A program made the translations under genes and the position numbers. A stretch of DNA of 62,916 nucleotides, counting the filler, from Perkinsus chesapeaki ATCC PRA-425 (Eukaryota; Protista; Perkinsozoa), in the NCBI GenBank assembly GCA_013115145.1. It is 4 parts of 4 records of this genome, joined end to end, with 100 filler letters (N's around TTAATTAATTAA, not from the genome) between each part and the next. Parts side by side here need not be neighbours in the genome. Positions count along the whole stretch, not along the records: positions 24,244 to 44,025 come from JAAPAO010000634.1; positions 44,126 to 60,985 come from JAAPAO010000695.1; 2 more parts are not named here. One strand, given 5' to 3'. Below are positions 40,720-53,417 of this stretch, piece by piece (the first letter of the stretch is position 1; every line of letters starts with the position of its first letter). Below the pieces are notes generated by a model. That model saw only the letters and a program-made list of their open reading frames with translations, made no database searches and was not told the origin of the DNA.

Positions 40720-42802
40720 ATCCCGGCAGCATGTCTTCTACAAGCAGTCTTTTCAAGAAGCATTCGGCCAATCCTACACCCAAAATTGAGTTGCCGTTTC
40801 CTATGTTCATGTAAATAAATCTCAACAGTTTTGTTTGAAGCAGGCTGTTGTATTTTAGCAATCATCGCTGAAGTTGGGCTTATGCCACAACTTGTGAGTT
40901 TTTCTTGTCATTTTATGCCTTGTAGTACAAGGCTTGTACATATTTTAGTTTCACAATCTTGTAAATATTTTATCATCACCAATTACTTGTACATAATTTA
41001 GTCTTCCTAGACGTCTTAGAGACGCTCACTTTTCAGAACGACTGGTTAGCAATCGTTGACCTGTCTTTTTGATCTTAACAGCTCAGTTGGACCAACTTTC
41101 ACGACATCCTTGATTCGTGTCTTATTAGCTACCGGAGCGATGTCGGCAAACTGATGGCTGTTGCTCATAAAGCTGCTTTGCGTTGAGTCAATGTTGATTG
41201 AATGGAAAACACCGAAACCCAACGATCTCAGTGCCTGGTCTGAGCTACTAACGTTGAGAAACATAGTACGAACTCCCGCACCCATGGCATTAGAGTGGCT
41301 CTGATAGAGCACCGTAGCTCCGTCCGAATTGCGGACTCTTCGATGAGAAACTCACCTCAGGGAGACATGGTGAGTTGTAATTATTTATAATCTAATTATT
41401 AACTGTTAATAGCGTTGGGTCTAGTGGAAAGAGAAACCTTTCTTTCTTAAGAAACCATAACTTTGATAACGTCGCCCTCCTCGGGTTTCCTCTCATAGCA
41501 GGATGCAGAGAGAATGTTGCAGTTTGATGAATGTATAGCAAGTCTGCCACAGCTATACTAGTCCCAAGAATTATCCACAATCAATTGAACTCCAGTGTAT
41601 GCTTCACCACCATACGCATGCACGGAGATGCACCTGGTAGACGCAGTTACCAGGCAACCCGGTTACCATAACCGCGATGTGATTCCCGCGAAAACCGCGA
41701 ACGTCGATTTACCACTTCGCGATAAACTATCCAATGACAACCATTGTCGAATACCACGTTTCCACGGTTATCACATGGCAAATATCAGCCCACAGTAATC
41801 ATGAGAAGCGGTAGAGCGGCCGTTATCTCACCCCTTCAGAAGCGGTGCGTTCACCAGTCCACTGTGCGAGACCGTCGTGGTGACCACGGTGACGGCCGCG
41901 TTAGAAAAAAAATTCACCTTGACAACTCAAGCGAGCCCTATACCTTCTGGCTTCAAGCGTTACGCTTTGTCCTATCGTGCTCTTACGGACTGACACAACC
42001 TCATGGTTCGAGCAAGCACATGCATCCACTTCTAATATATCCACAGACCGACTCGCGCAAGGGAACCCCTTGGGGTGTCCGTGCCTACACCTTTTCAATA
42101 TCTTGTTCGTCCTTGGGAACATCAATTCCGCGGCGGCGAGACAAGTTGAAGGTCCGAATCCGAAGCCAGAAGATCCTGCTCGTGCTTGAAAAAATCAAAT
42201 TCGTCTTAACTTCCAATTTCGTCGGAACCCAGGAGGCGCCTTCAATTTCGCTCACTCAGGGATATCAATTTCGTTTTTTTCGGGCAATCAATGGGCAATC
42301 AATCGGAGATTAAAAACGAAAATTAAGTGATGTTTCCAAGGACGAACTAGCTATTGAGAAGGGGTAGTATCACAGAGCAGAATTTCAATCACAGGCAGCC
42401 AAATGATTCTATGCTGCGGGTTGAGGCAGCTCCTACAATTTACGTCGCGCACTTCCTCATAGCAGGTCTGTACACGAAAAATCAAGTTGTCAGTGACAAC
42501 TTTTCACATGTTGGATCGTGATTTGCGCACTCGCAGTTCGTCTCTGCTGGGATCTCCGACCGGTCGAATAAAGCGGTATCCTACTATAACGACCACCATT
42601 GCACACAGCGGAGCGTTGCCGCCGGCACCCGTAACGGGTGACCCGTTGGAGTGCGACGGGTGCTAGAATTTCCCAGAATTCTCCAGTCTCTGTTTCCGCA
42701 GTTCCTCAGAGATTTCCAAAACCCATCATTATCCATATGCTATGAGAATCAGTTTATCATGAATTATTCGAGTAATTGTCAAATTTTTTAATAGAAAACT
42801 TC

Positions 42803-42860
42803 ACTTTAGACTCTAAAGTCTGAGTATTAAATACTTAGACTTTACAGTCTAAAGTTTAGA
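42803..42860. repeat. Cluster of nested palindromes built from TAGACTTTA/TAAAGTCTA
   Basis: ACTTTAGA-C-TCTAAAGT (42803-42819); AAAGTCT-G-AGTATT-A-AATACT-T-AGACTTT (42815-42843); TAGACT-TTAC-AGTCTA; TCTAAA-G-TTTAGA. Confidence 0.7.
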
Positions 42861-44025
42861 GATCCATGGGAAAAAGATCCCTCCTGGTGTTCTGGGACGG
42901 GCCCCTCGAACTCCCTCCAATCTCTCACACTCATCAGTTTTATGACTCTTATTTCACTGAAGTTCCACGACGGCGACTTGGCCGACTGTGGCGGAGCAGA
43001 GACTTGAGATTTTTCCAGGAGAAATTACCCTGTCTGCCATACGAAGCCTATGATATATTCGCGTTATGGTAGTGAAGCTGTTTAACTTCCTCGCGAACTG
43101 ACGATGGTGATGCAATGCGCATCGAGCCTGCATTTTGGAATCCGGTTTCGTAGCATTCGACTCCGACCTTCATTCGTCCACAGTGTTGTATCTAACCATT
43201 TCCTAGTCGCCCGCGTTGGTCATAGTCTGCTTTCCAAGCCAGACAATACGCGCATTCATATCATATGAATCATACAGTTGACCACCCACACCGTGAAGTT
43301 AGAGGCAAGTGGCGGTTCTCCAGTGATCTAAGGCAGGCGAGAGGGCGCTCTCTAAGGGAGCCACATTTAATCCTGCTATATATATTGGTTTGAGTGAAAA
43401 AGCAGGAACTCCTGGCCGGCTAGTAAGTTACTAGTCAGTAGTAGTAACATGCAATGCATGATAGACTTTCAGGAAGACACACAGTCTTTGCAAAAAAATC
43501 GCCATAGAGACTTATACATGGCGTAGCACCGAGCTCAACACCGAAAAACTGGAGAAACCATGTCCCATACGCTGGCTCATTCGAGCTTCTGTTACGAAAA
43601 ATAATAATGGTGTTTGAGCTGTATGAGCAGTAGCTGGATGGAGAGAGTCGATCCAGGAGATAGTAGTCGAGCCAGGAAATCCAGACAGCAGTTTACCCAT
43701 CCACTGATAAATCCAGTGATTGCATTTGAGAGGCTCTATCATCGCGGTTATTTGATCGCGGTGGAGCCAAATTCAGGACACCTGAAGTTCATGGCGAGTT
43801 TCATGTGCTAGATAATAAACTGCGCTGAACACAGCGAGGCACACTTGAGGGGTTTGGTTGAGAAAAGGACAAGCTTGGAGCCAAGCTACTCAATCTTGGT
43901 CCAGAATTTCGGATTATTCTCACTCGTTCAACAAGTGTCGTTAACAATTTTTGTGGAGCGCACGCAGACGCTAAGAAGCTACGCTCAAAATCTCCATTTT
44001 AATGGTCGCCCTCTTTAGCAATGTT

Positions 44026-44125
44026 NNNNNNNNNNNNNNNNNNNNNNNNNNNNNNNNNNNNNNNNNNNNTTAATTAATTAANNNNNNNNNNNNNNNNNNN
44101 NNNNNNNNNNNNNNNNNNNNNNNNN
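44026..44125. other. Assembly gap with TTAATTAATTAA linker
   Basis: 100 nt N-linker-N. Confidence 0.97.
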
Positions 44126-45332
44126 CATGCAATAAGATATAAGAAACTTTTTGATCCCATCCCATTTCCATGTCGAGTTCAACCACTAGACCGCCACGCG
44201 CACTTTGGTGCGCGCACGCCATGATAATCAAGAAGGCCATTTGAAGAGCATTTTCCCATTGTGACGCGGCCCTTTTCATTATATATCTCGAACGCTTTGA
44301 CCGCGCAATCCCAGAACCAAAGTGAGGTGCATATTCCCCTCATGCTGTATGTAACCTACCACCATAAACTCGAGGTATTGCTCGGGTTGTGTACGCTAAC
44401 CCGAGGATCGAACCGGTGACAAATCTATGAACACCGTGAATCCACAATTAGGATATCGGTGATCTATCAACGGTAGATCGAAACGATCAAAACTAGAGTC
44501 AGCCCACAGACCTCCGAAATCTTGGCCAATATATCTCAAGGTTGGCAGTTCTTCAACATACAGCCGTATGCTATTAGCTGTTTGTTGACATATGTCCTAA
44601 TCTGCTCAAGATGGAGCATATCCTTGTAGAGCCTCCGACCTATTAGCAATAAGTCATACAATCCGCAAAAGACACTGTGTTTCGCATACAGCAAATGACT
44701 AGTATTGGTTATCGTAATCAGTGCAACTTAGCGGTGTCTAGGGTAGTACGCGTTAGGCTGTAGTTTACAGTATTTGCAAGCTGTCATCAGAAATAGGTGA
44801 CAACAGAGTTACTGTAGCCGGTTGTGTTGATATATAATTGTAAGTCTTACTGAGACTGTATGAAGCGGGAGTGTAGGACCCGAAACTGTACGAGCTACCG
44901 CCGCTGCATGGATTTCAGTGAGCGACAATATGCAAAGCTTCCTCACTAAGTTGCCGTTGGGGGCACAAAAATGACAAGTAGCTCACAAACCACACCGTAG
45001 AGAGCGCTGAAAGCCTTACTGTAGTCAGTATCATCGGAGCCCGAGCTTTGCTAGCTTCTGTGAACGTCAGCAGGAGGGCTCTGAAAGTGGCAAATTCTGT
45101 TGATTCCACCTTTGCCTGTGAGAATAATTCACAGTCCCTTACAATCAAACCATGTCAGTGGAATGGCCCACCTTCACCGGTAGTGCCGCGGACGATATCG
45201 ATGAGAAACTACAACCAGATGACATCTACGATGCCGATACCGAAACCCTGAAAGGTCAGGTTTTTACCTTTACACAACCATTCATAAACTCTATTAGATT
45301 ACCTCAATGGTTCATCAGATTTCAGCGAGGAC

Positions 45333-48300
45333 TTGCGCATATTGATAGAAAGGGAACTTCGCGAACGGGACGAGGCGGAGAAGCTACGGAATCAGATTAT
45401 GAAAAGGCACGTCCCCAACTATAACGGATTTGAAGCTCATGCACATTCTGGAAATTTTTACTCTAGGCTCTCTGGACTTCCGAGCGACAACGGCAGGGTT
45501 GCCAGCATTTCATCAGCAGAGCAGCGTAACGACCTTGAATTGGCTCATCCATTTGCCCGGGAGGCCGAGCAACCGAAAAGCCCGCCGGAAATTTTGCGAT
45601 TTGAGCTCACAGATGTGCAGCATTCCAAACACTTTGCGGGAAAGTCGCTCAGCGAATGGCAACCACAAAGAGTCACAGACATGCCGTTCGTCGTCGGTAG
45701 CTCGAGCGGGCGCAAGAAGAATAAAATGAAACGTGGCAAGAAGCCGAACACGAGAAAGGGCGTACGCTCAGATAAGGCGAAAGAGAGTCCAGCTAGACAG
45801 AAGCTGAGAAAGATGAAAGAATATTCGACGCTTCTGAAGACGCGCTTGAGCGACCAGCGCCCTGCTCGTCCAAGGCTAGACACCTCTGCAGATGTACCGA
45901 CAAACAGTAATTGTGGTATTAGTATTAAATTGGATCATGAACTCGAGAGAGAACACAGTAGCGAGGAGTCTGGTGCGGCTCCAGAGACCACTGCTGATAA
46001 TAAACCTAGTGAGGTTGGGAAAAGAAGTTCAGAGGGTCGAGAAATCTCTGTCACGCCATCAGAAGGATCCCTTGACGGGTATACGGATGATGAATTTGAC
46101 GAGTCATCCATCTCGGATGCGAGCGCAACCTCGGAGAACGGGTGTTATCCAGCGAGAAGTGAGCATGAGGAAATGGATGAAGAGACTGGGAGCTCGGACA
46201 TAAAGGATAAGGATGAGGAGAGAGCTACACGATTTGATCATGCGGAACCCATGGCGAATTATGGAAGCTGCGAAGACCGTCCAGATCTCTTCGATCTGGG
46301 AACTGCAAACAGCAGCGAAGACCCGAGTGATGAGCGAACAAAAGTGGATATCGATTCGGGTGATCGAGAGCAGGGAGATTATGAGGGTTTCGTTGTCGAT
46401 AATATCGGAGGTATTCTCGCTGACGACGGAGCCACGGAGAAATATCTGCACAGAGGAAATATGAACGGCAGCGCTGGTGAAACTTGCAATGAAACTACGA
46501 ATACCAGTGCTCTTATGGATAATACGGAGAACGAGGAAGGAGTGGAAGACACAATAGAGGGGGGTATGGACGATACTGATGCAGCAGCAGTTCACGGGAG
46601 GAGGATAGATCGAGACGCTGACACGGGAGCGATTGAGAGAGAGACTGACAAAAGCTTTCATACAGCGAAAGTCAAGCCAAACCAGAAAGTGGTGCTGAAA
46701 AACTTTCAGACCGGAAAGTTCTGGGCTTTTCAGGCTCCGAAATCTGACCAAAAAATTCACTACTGCTCGATGGTGTCTCAAGTCACGGCAAAAGTAGAGG
46801 ATTATAGTGCGACGTTCGGCTCCTTTGCTGATATCTTCACTTGGGGACACACCGCTTCACGACAGGCAGGTAACGTAGAAGGTGATTACTATGCCGGATG
46901 GGTGAGTTTGAAAGTCAGGCAGCCAAGCTGCGAGGAATGATAACATAATCGAGGCGCGTGACAGAGCCTTGCGCGAGGCACGTCAGTTGTAAGCTGAAAT
47001 ATGTACCGTTTAACCTGTGCTCGGCTACTATGGCAATTGTGCGTGATGCAAATGCGGCACAACTCGAATCGTGTGATCATAAAAATGATGTGTCTTAAGG
47101 GTCTTGAACCAGGCCTGACTGCCATGTCACGGAATGTTCGCACCGTTACTCAGCTAGTAACTTGAGCGCTGTATCGTGATGGCCCCGAGTGAGAGAAACC
47201 CCACTGTTATTGAGCTTCGGCTGTTCTTTTCATGTACAAACACTTCTGTGAAGTATCCAAGGCTTTCGAGATCTACTGCTTCGCTGACTTTCGTAACACC
47301 TTGCTTGGTGCAACATCGATGGGGAAGCCGGCGCTTGTAAAAAATGATCCGGACACCCAGATTTACTACAAGGTAAGAGGACCTTCGCCCGAGTTTACCT
47401 CAGTACCTTATCTGATACTATTACTGGGCTATAACACTGATACTTTCTACTAGTAGTTGGAAGTATCAGTATTATAGCTACTACTATAATACAAAGGCAC
47501 TTTTACAGGCAAGTTGAATCTTCCAGCGTGCGCGGAGGTTCGCTTTGGTCACTGTACTCTCCAGTTTTCAAGGTAGTTCAATCAAGGGTTGAAGTATATG
47601 ACGTCGTATCTCGAAGTCTAGCTAATAATCCTAATTACTCTGAGCTCCCCCACGGATGTCGGATAGGGCCGGTAAGTATCGTTTGGCGGTGGCGTCGCCA
47701 CTTCAGCTCGCTCCGACCAATTTCCGTCGATAATCGTTACAAGTCTAGCGGTACCTAGCAGATAGCTTTAGGTATGGAATCTCCTTTGGACTTGGGGTCG
47801 ACCCAAATTGGACTACAGCAAGCTTCTGGTATGGCAAAAAGTGAACCACTTCCCAGACAGCAAGTTCCTGTCACGCAAGGACTGTCTCAAACGGTGTATA
47901 GAACGGTAGGAATCGCGTATCCACTGCCTGCTAATAACGCTGCTATCGCCCGCTGTCTACAGCTGTTCCAACGTCGGAGTCGTCATGGCTACTCACGGCA
48001 CTACAACTTCCACTACACGTAGGTACATCAAACGCCCCCCTGGTTCTCGGGGGTCACAGTTGGCTGAGTTTTTCCGTGTGACGCCCGAAACCTTTGTGCT
48101 CCCTCATGATTACTGCGAGTTCATTGAGGCATTTAGCAAATACAGGGAGAAGTAAGCTCAGAACAGTCATTTGATCTTACAGTAAGATCATGGCCAGTAA
48201 GATTTTTACTCATTGACTATTAGGAACCCTAGCGAGCGAATGTGGATAATGAAGCCAGTGTGCTCCTCTCGAGGGCGAGGAATCAGTGTTATCTCTGACA

Positions 48301-49854
48301 TCAATGAGGTCAGCTATTCCGAGCCCACTATTGTTCAAAAGGTAAACGGAACCGTAGGTTTATTCCTGTACTTTGCACCTTGTAGTATATCGAGCGTCCG
48401 TTGCTTCTAGACGGATACAAATTTGACCTCCGTATATACGTCTTGGTAACGAGCTTCAACCCTTTGGAGGCGTGAGGTTACTTGAGAGACGGCGCGTATC
48501 TGGGCTATGATATAAATCCTGAGCTTAGATATATCTACAAGGAAGGATTTGCGAGGCTGGCTACCGTCAAGTACTCTGTAACAGGAGATGATATGAAGAA
48601 CAGGCTCATACACTTGACTAACACTAGCGTTCAGAAAAAGCACGTCGACAATCTGCCCAATGATAGACGCCGAATGCTTGGAGGTGACTGGCTTCACGAT
48701 GCGTGACCCCGCGCTGGGCCACCTACGTGGGGTCCCCACCTACGCTTCTTGCTTGAAGGCACGAAGCTGTCGCTCGAAGATTTGAGCCGGTATCTCGACA
48801 ACAGAGGGGTCGCATGGAGTACTCTATGGCGCGAAGTCAAAGAAGTTGTCGTTAAAACGCTCGTTATGTGCGAGCATGCGATAACCTATCAGGTGAGGCC
48901 GATAGCCTCGTATAAAACCCTCTAGCAGGAGAGAGTTAGTATCGGATAAGCGTGACAGCTGTGGGGTTCGAACCCACGCCCTTTCGGACTGGCGCCTTAA
49001 GCCAGCGCCTTAGACCACTCGGCCAAACTGTCGTTGAATTTTTGTGATTCTCCTAATGTCTGCTCAGATAAATTCTTTCGAACTCTATGGTTTCGACGTA
49101 ATATTCGACGAGTCACTGCGTGGATGGCTACTGGAGGTTAATTCCAGCCCCAGCATGAATCTTGATACAATTTTGGATGAACGGATAAAGGTCTCGCTGA
49201 TAAGGTGTGCAGCCAGCGCAATATGCTCAGAGCATTCTGAACCTCGGGCACCTGTGAAGCTACATCGATCTATGCATGGATGAGGAGCGAATGATGCTTC
49301 CACTCGATGCATCCGCATGCACGTCTCTTAGACTTTGGAACCCTTGTGCGCGCAAATGAGAAGTTTCGGCTCCGCGTTGAGCATGCGTGCTAACTTTTTC
49401 AGAGATGTTATCGGCGTTGTCAACCCCCTTCCTTTTAACCGAAGAGCCTTATTGGAAGTGTTATCAAGGCGAGTAGGCTCGCGTAGCTCGGAGGCAGCTC
49501 ACTCGGCAAAACCGACCCGCCAGCCGAACAAACGGGTGATGGTATCGCTTCGTCTCCTTCCTTTGCAGTAGCTGTGTGGCGAGAGACTTGAACTTTGCGT
49601 TAACAGGTCTCAACCAAGCAGCTGAACGTAGACTTGCATGCCATCCTTTGTGGAGTCTCACCTCGTAATGAAGTTCAAAGAGACCCCCAATTCATTGAGA
49701 CAACACGTGGGCCCTAAGACTTGCCTGTTCGGCGCGCTTCCCAACCGCGCTTGCTTCTCCAGATAACTTCGAGCGCATAGCTCCCGGGGAGCCGTGGGAG
49801 AATGCAATTATAGCAAAGCATAAGATGTTCATCCCACCACATGGCTCGTCATAG
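45333..49854 (+). CDS. Tubulin-tyrosine ligase-like (TTLL) polyglutamylase-type protein, multi-exon, long acidic N-terminal region; true start is upstream and uncertain
   Basis: Exons WNLLWTWG..QKVNHFPDSKFLSRKDCL, WIMKPVCSSRGRGI, YKFDLRIYVLVTSFNPL, EGFARLAT..IHLTNTSVQK, FELYGFDVIFD..WLLEVNSSPSM, DNFERIAP. Joining to ORF 45333-46940 is inferred. Confidence 0.88.
48953..49032 (-). tRNA. tRNA-Leu (AAG), antisense inside TTLL intron 48893-49067
   Basis: Reverse complement GACAGTTTGGCCGAGTGGTCTAAGGCGCTGGCTTAAGGCGCCAGTCCGAAAGGGCGTGGGTTCGAACCCCACAGCTGTCA. Confidence 0.95.
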
Positions 49855-50357
49855 TATTTCCTTCTAAGGACTCCGCTGTTGTTGCTTAATGTGTGCGAAA
49901 TTTGTATAATTTGCACGGATCGGAACCTTGGCCAACACACGCCTCTGGGAACATTTGCACGTTGTGATTAGCAAAGTGAAGAATGTAGACCGAAGAGTCC
50001 CTGAGGTGCATATAATCGGTAAATTTCTTCGTATGCTTGGTATTCGTGCTGAGATATCGGCCCGCCAGCATTGGGACAGCCTTGTGTTACACTATTTCCC
50101 GTGGTTTCTTCTCGGTGTTTATTAGAGCCCTAAGTGAGGGTCATACACGACAGCTGCATCCGTCAGATGTTGTAATGATCAGTGCTGTATCACCCATAGA
50201 GATGCCATAGCGTGTATCGGCTACAGAGGCACGGGGCTTTGTATTCGCCTAGGCTTCAAAAACTACGCTCCGCTTTCGCTAAGCTTCAGCGCCCACAGTT
50301 CCTGCGATACAGGTATATCACGTCAGTTGTTACTGATTTAGCAGTTCTACTTACAGC

Positions 50358-51617
50358 ATGCTTTCCTCCAAGCTCACTTTGAACAACATCCCCCAGGATG
50401 ACATCAAGGGCAAGAGAGTGCTCATGCGTGTCGATTTCAACGTGCCCATCAAGGAGGGTCACGTTTCTGATAAGACTCGTATTGTGAAGACTATCCCTAC
50501 CATCAAGCGTGTCTTCGAGATGGGTGCCCACAGCGTCGTTCTCATGAGCCATTTGGGCAGGCCCCAAGGACAGAAGAAGGAGGAGTACTCACTCGCCCCC
50601 GTCGTCCCTGTTCTCGCTGATCTCTTGGACCACGAGGTTACCTTCGTCCCCGACTGCGTTGGTGATGTTGCCATCAAGGCCTGCGCTGCTCCCGCTGAGG
50701 GAAGTGTCATCCTGCTCGAAAACCTCCGTTTCCACGTCGAGGAGGAGGGCAAGGGTGTCAACGAGAAGGGTGAGAAGGTGAAGGCTTCCCCCGAGGCCGT
50801 CGCCGCCTTCAGAGCCGATCTCACTAAGCTCGGCGATGTCTTCATCAACGATGCCTTCGGAACTGCTCATCGTGCTCACTCCTCCATGGTCGGTGTTCAA
50901 CTCCCCGTCCGCGCCGCTGGTCTCTTGATGGCTAAGGAGCTCGAGTACTTCGGAAAGGCCCTCGAGAACCCTGCCCGCCCTGTTCTCAGTATCCTCGGCG
51001 GTGCCAAGGTTGCCGATAAGATCCAGCTTATCAACAACATGCTCGACAAGGTCGATCTTATGATTATCGGTGGCGGTATGGCCTTCACTTTCGCCAAGAC
51101 CCTCAACGGCACTAAGATCGGCGGTTCCTTGTATGATGCCGAGGGTGCCAAGATCGTCCCTCAGGTCATGGAAAAGGCCAAGGCCAAGGGTGTCGAGATT
51201 CTCCTCCCCACTGACTGGCTCTGTGCTGATGCTTTCTCCAACGATGCCAACACTAAGGTTTGCACCCAGGAGGAGGGTATCGAGGACGGATGGATGGGTC
51301 TCGATGTCGGTCCGGAGTCCACCAAGCGCAGCATCGCTATGGTTAAGAGGGCTAAGACCATCGTCTGGAATGGTCCCCAGGGTGTGTTCGAGTTCCCCAA
51401 GTTCGCCACTGGTTCTCTCGAGGTCCTTGACGCTGTTTGCGAGGCCACTAAGGAGGGTGCTATCTCCATCGTCGGAGGTGGTGATACCGCCGCTATGGTC
51501 GAGCAGGCCGGCAGAGCCTCTGAGATCTCTCATGTCAGCACTGGTGGCGGAGCCTCTCTCGAGTTGCTCGAGGGTAAGGAGCTCCCTGGTGTTGTTGCTC
51601 TTAGCGATAAGAACTAA
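50358..51617 (+). CDS. PGK: Phosphoglycerate kinase, intronless
   Basis: [70 protein letters not shown]. Confidence 0.99.
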   Translation: MLSSKLTLNNIPQDDIKGKRVLMRVDFNVPIKEGHVSDKTRIVKTIPTIKRVFEMGAHSVVLMSHLGRPQGQKKEEYSLAPVVPVLADLLDHEVTFVPDCVGDVAIKACAAPAEGSVILLENLRFHVEEEGKGVNEKGEKVKASPEAVAAFRADLTKLGDVFINDAFGTAHRAHSSMVGVQLPVRAAGLLMAKELEYFGKALENPARPVLSILGGAKVADKIQLINNMLDKVDLMIIGGGMAFTFAKTLNGTKIGGSLYDAEGAKIVPQVMEKAKAKGVEILLPTDWLCADAFSNDANTKVCTQEEGIEDGWMGLDVGPESTKRSIAMVKRAKTIVWNGPQGVFEFPKFATGSLEVLDAVCEATKEGAISIVGGGDTAAMVEQAGRASEISHVSTGGGASLELLEGKELPGVVALSDKN

Positions 51618-51922
51618 TTCCCTACTGCAAACGCTGAAAGCGGCCCTAGTTGGCCAGTTGTCGCGGATTGCGACGTGTTTCTTTCATTACAGTTTTTTGG
51701 TGAAATGCCACACTTTACCATTGCTTTGTGTTGAAGTGTCATTCTGGAAAGGGTTTGAAATCTTGTCACTAGCCCAGTAAGATTAAGACAGCTAAGTACG
51801 GATCGGTACGAAAATAGGCTAATAAGAGAATTTAAGGCGATGATGCTAACAGCCAGGTTCTTTTACATTGACTTACTAAGGCAAGTTGCCTTCTGAACGC
51901 AACACATCGATATGATTATTTC

Positions 51923-52655
51923 TTATCGAAACTTCTTGCTCGGCGGCATGCCTCGATAACTCTGTAAACTAATCGGTGCATCGACTGGATTTTCGATGTG
52001 AGATAAATCCGCTTTCACTGGGTGTCGAAAAGCCTTGTCGCCACGTGGTGATATGTGCTTTATCTCTATACCTGAACATCATTACTAACCCGAAGCCCTC
52101 GCGAGCTTAAGCAGGACCGATGAATCACAAGACTCTCTACAGAATCGCACCACTTTACCCGATCCGGTGTAGACCATGATGTCCGCCAAAACTTCTCTAT
52201 GGCATTGACGCCAGTCACCCTCGCTGCATAACAGTACTGTTATCTTTCCATCTTGCAATATCTCTATAAGACGGCGAACCTGTACCGAGATAAACACCTC
52301 AAAGCTTTCCCTTTACAGGCTTACTTCCCTAATACCTTCCTTAGTAGCAGTGCCATTCCACTCGCTATCGTACACCACAGCTCGCCCCTTGCCTCCTAAC
52401 CATTCGGCATGGCTATACTCTACACCGGCCCCTTCGAGGGCGTCTCTAAGCGGTTTTAAGCAGAAGTGCGGAAACCTAATCGACGGTCTCCGTAGCTTTT
52501 TGCGATGCCCGATATCAAGACCTCTTCGAAAATGGGCTCTGTCTAACGTCGACGACACGTTCTATGCAGTAAGCCCTCAAAATGGCTAACAAGTCTTCCA
52601 GGGACCGACTGCTATGTCCGACGGTGTATAGGGTTATTCTTCGCTCAGTGGGCAT
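51923..52655 (-). CDS. DUF488-family protein with spliceosomal introns
   Basis: Spliced reading MPTERRITLYTVGHSSRSLEDLL..RVVDVRQSPFSKR|FPHFCLKPLRDAL..GVEYSHAEWLGG..|..VLLCSEGDWRQCHREVLAD..|GIEIKHI; matches the YTxGHS, VDVR, YxH..LGG, CxE..CHR pattern of the family. Confidence 0.8.
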
Positions 52656-53417
52656 CAGCTCGGTTACCTTGGTAAGTGACAGACTCTTTTGAACCCAACA
52701 ATAGTGACTTCGGAAACAACTAGAGCTGTAGTAGGGAGTAGAAAAGCATCGAACGAAGTGCCGATGGTACTGCCTCTATGAGTAACAGTAATACTCACTA
52801 TAGCTTGTTTGATGATTCCTGTTGCCATATACGAGGGACTGCGATCATGATACTTCCATTATCGGAAGCTCGCAGGATCCCGCCTACTCAGCACAGTGAA
52901 CGTGTCACCGTGCAGTAGCAGCAATAAACGCGCCATCCTAGGCGAGCTAGATTCGCGTAAGGTTCCGACTCGAACTGGCGAACCGAGAGGGGAATTTCCA
53001 ATATCACAGGCACATGGCAAACTGGTTCAAATACCTGGCCTGCGATACCGCCGATTTGCTAGAGGAAACTCGGAGGCAAAAGAAAGACCCAAGTTCATAA
53101 GCGGCATAAGTAACTAATTGCCAAATGAATGATTCAAGTCGACAAAGAGTAACAACTGAAGGATATAACAGTACTAGAATAGTTCAAGTGTGCGGACGTC
53201 GTCGAGGTGTCACGCAGATAAAGTCAATCAAACTACATATCAAAGTCAATCACATAATGGAGTGTACAAGTGCAGCTGAGGCGCTAGACGCGTCAAAACA
53301 GCGACTATGAAATAATAATGCAGAGTCGTAGCCACTTGGACTGTTACTCTAACGGGGCAGTCATACAAGTATAGTAGTCGACCATAGTGGCCGAAGTGGC
53401 TAAATAGATACGGCTCC

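Noticed and set aside
50459-51780. Long overlapping ORFs around PGK (50589-51533 minus, 51070-51780 plus) and around the 549-aa gene
   Set aside because: Expected shadows of strongly codon-biased genes; no independent motifs.
52570-52600. TAGCCATTTTG on the minus strand resembling the dinoflagellate/perkinsid spliced leader
   Set aside because: Only 11 nt match, inside DUF488 coding sequence (LLAIL), with no GGCTCAAG; no full spliced-leader gene was seen in the window.
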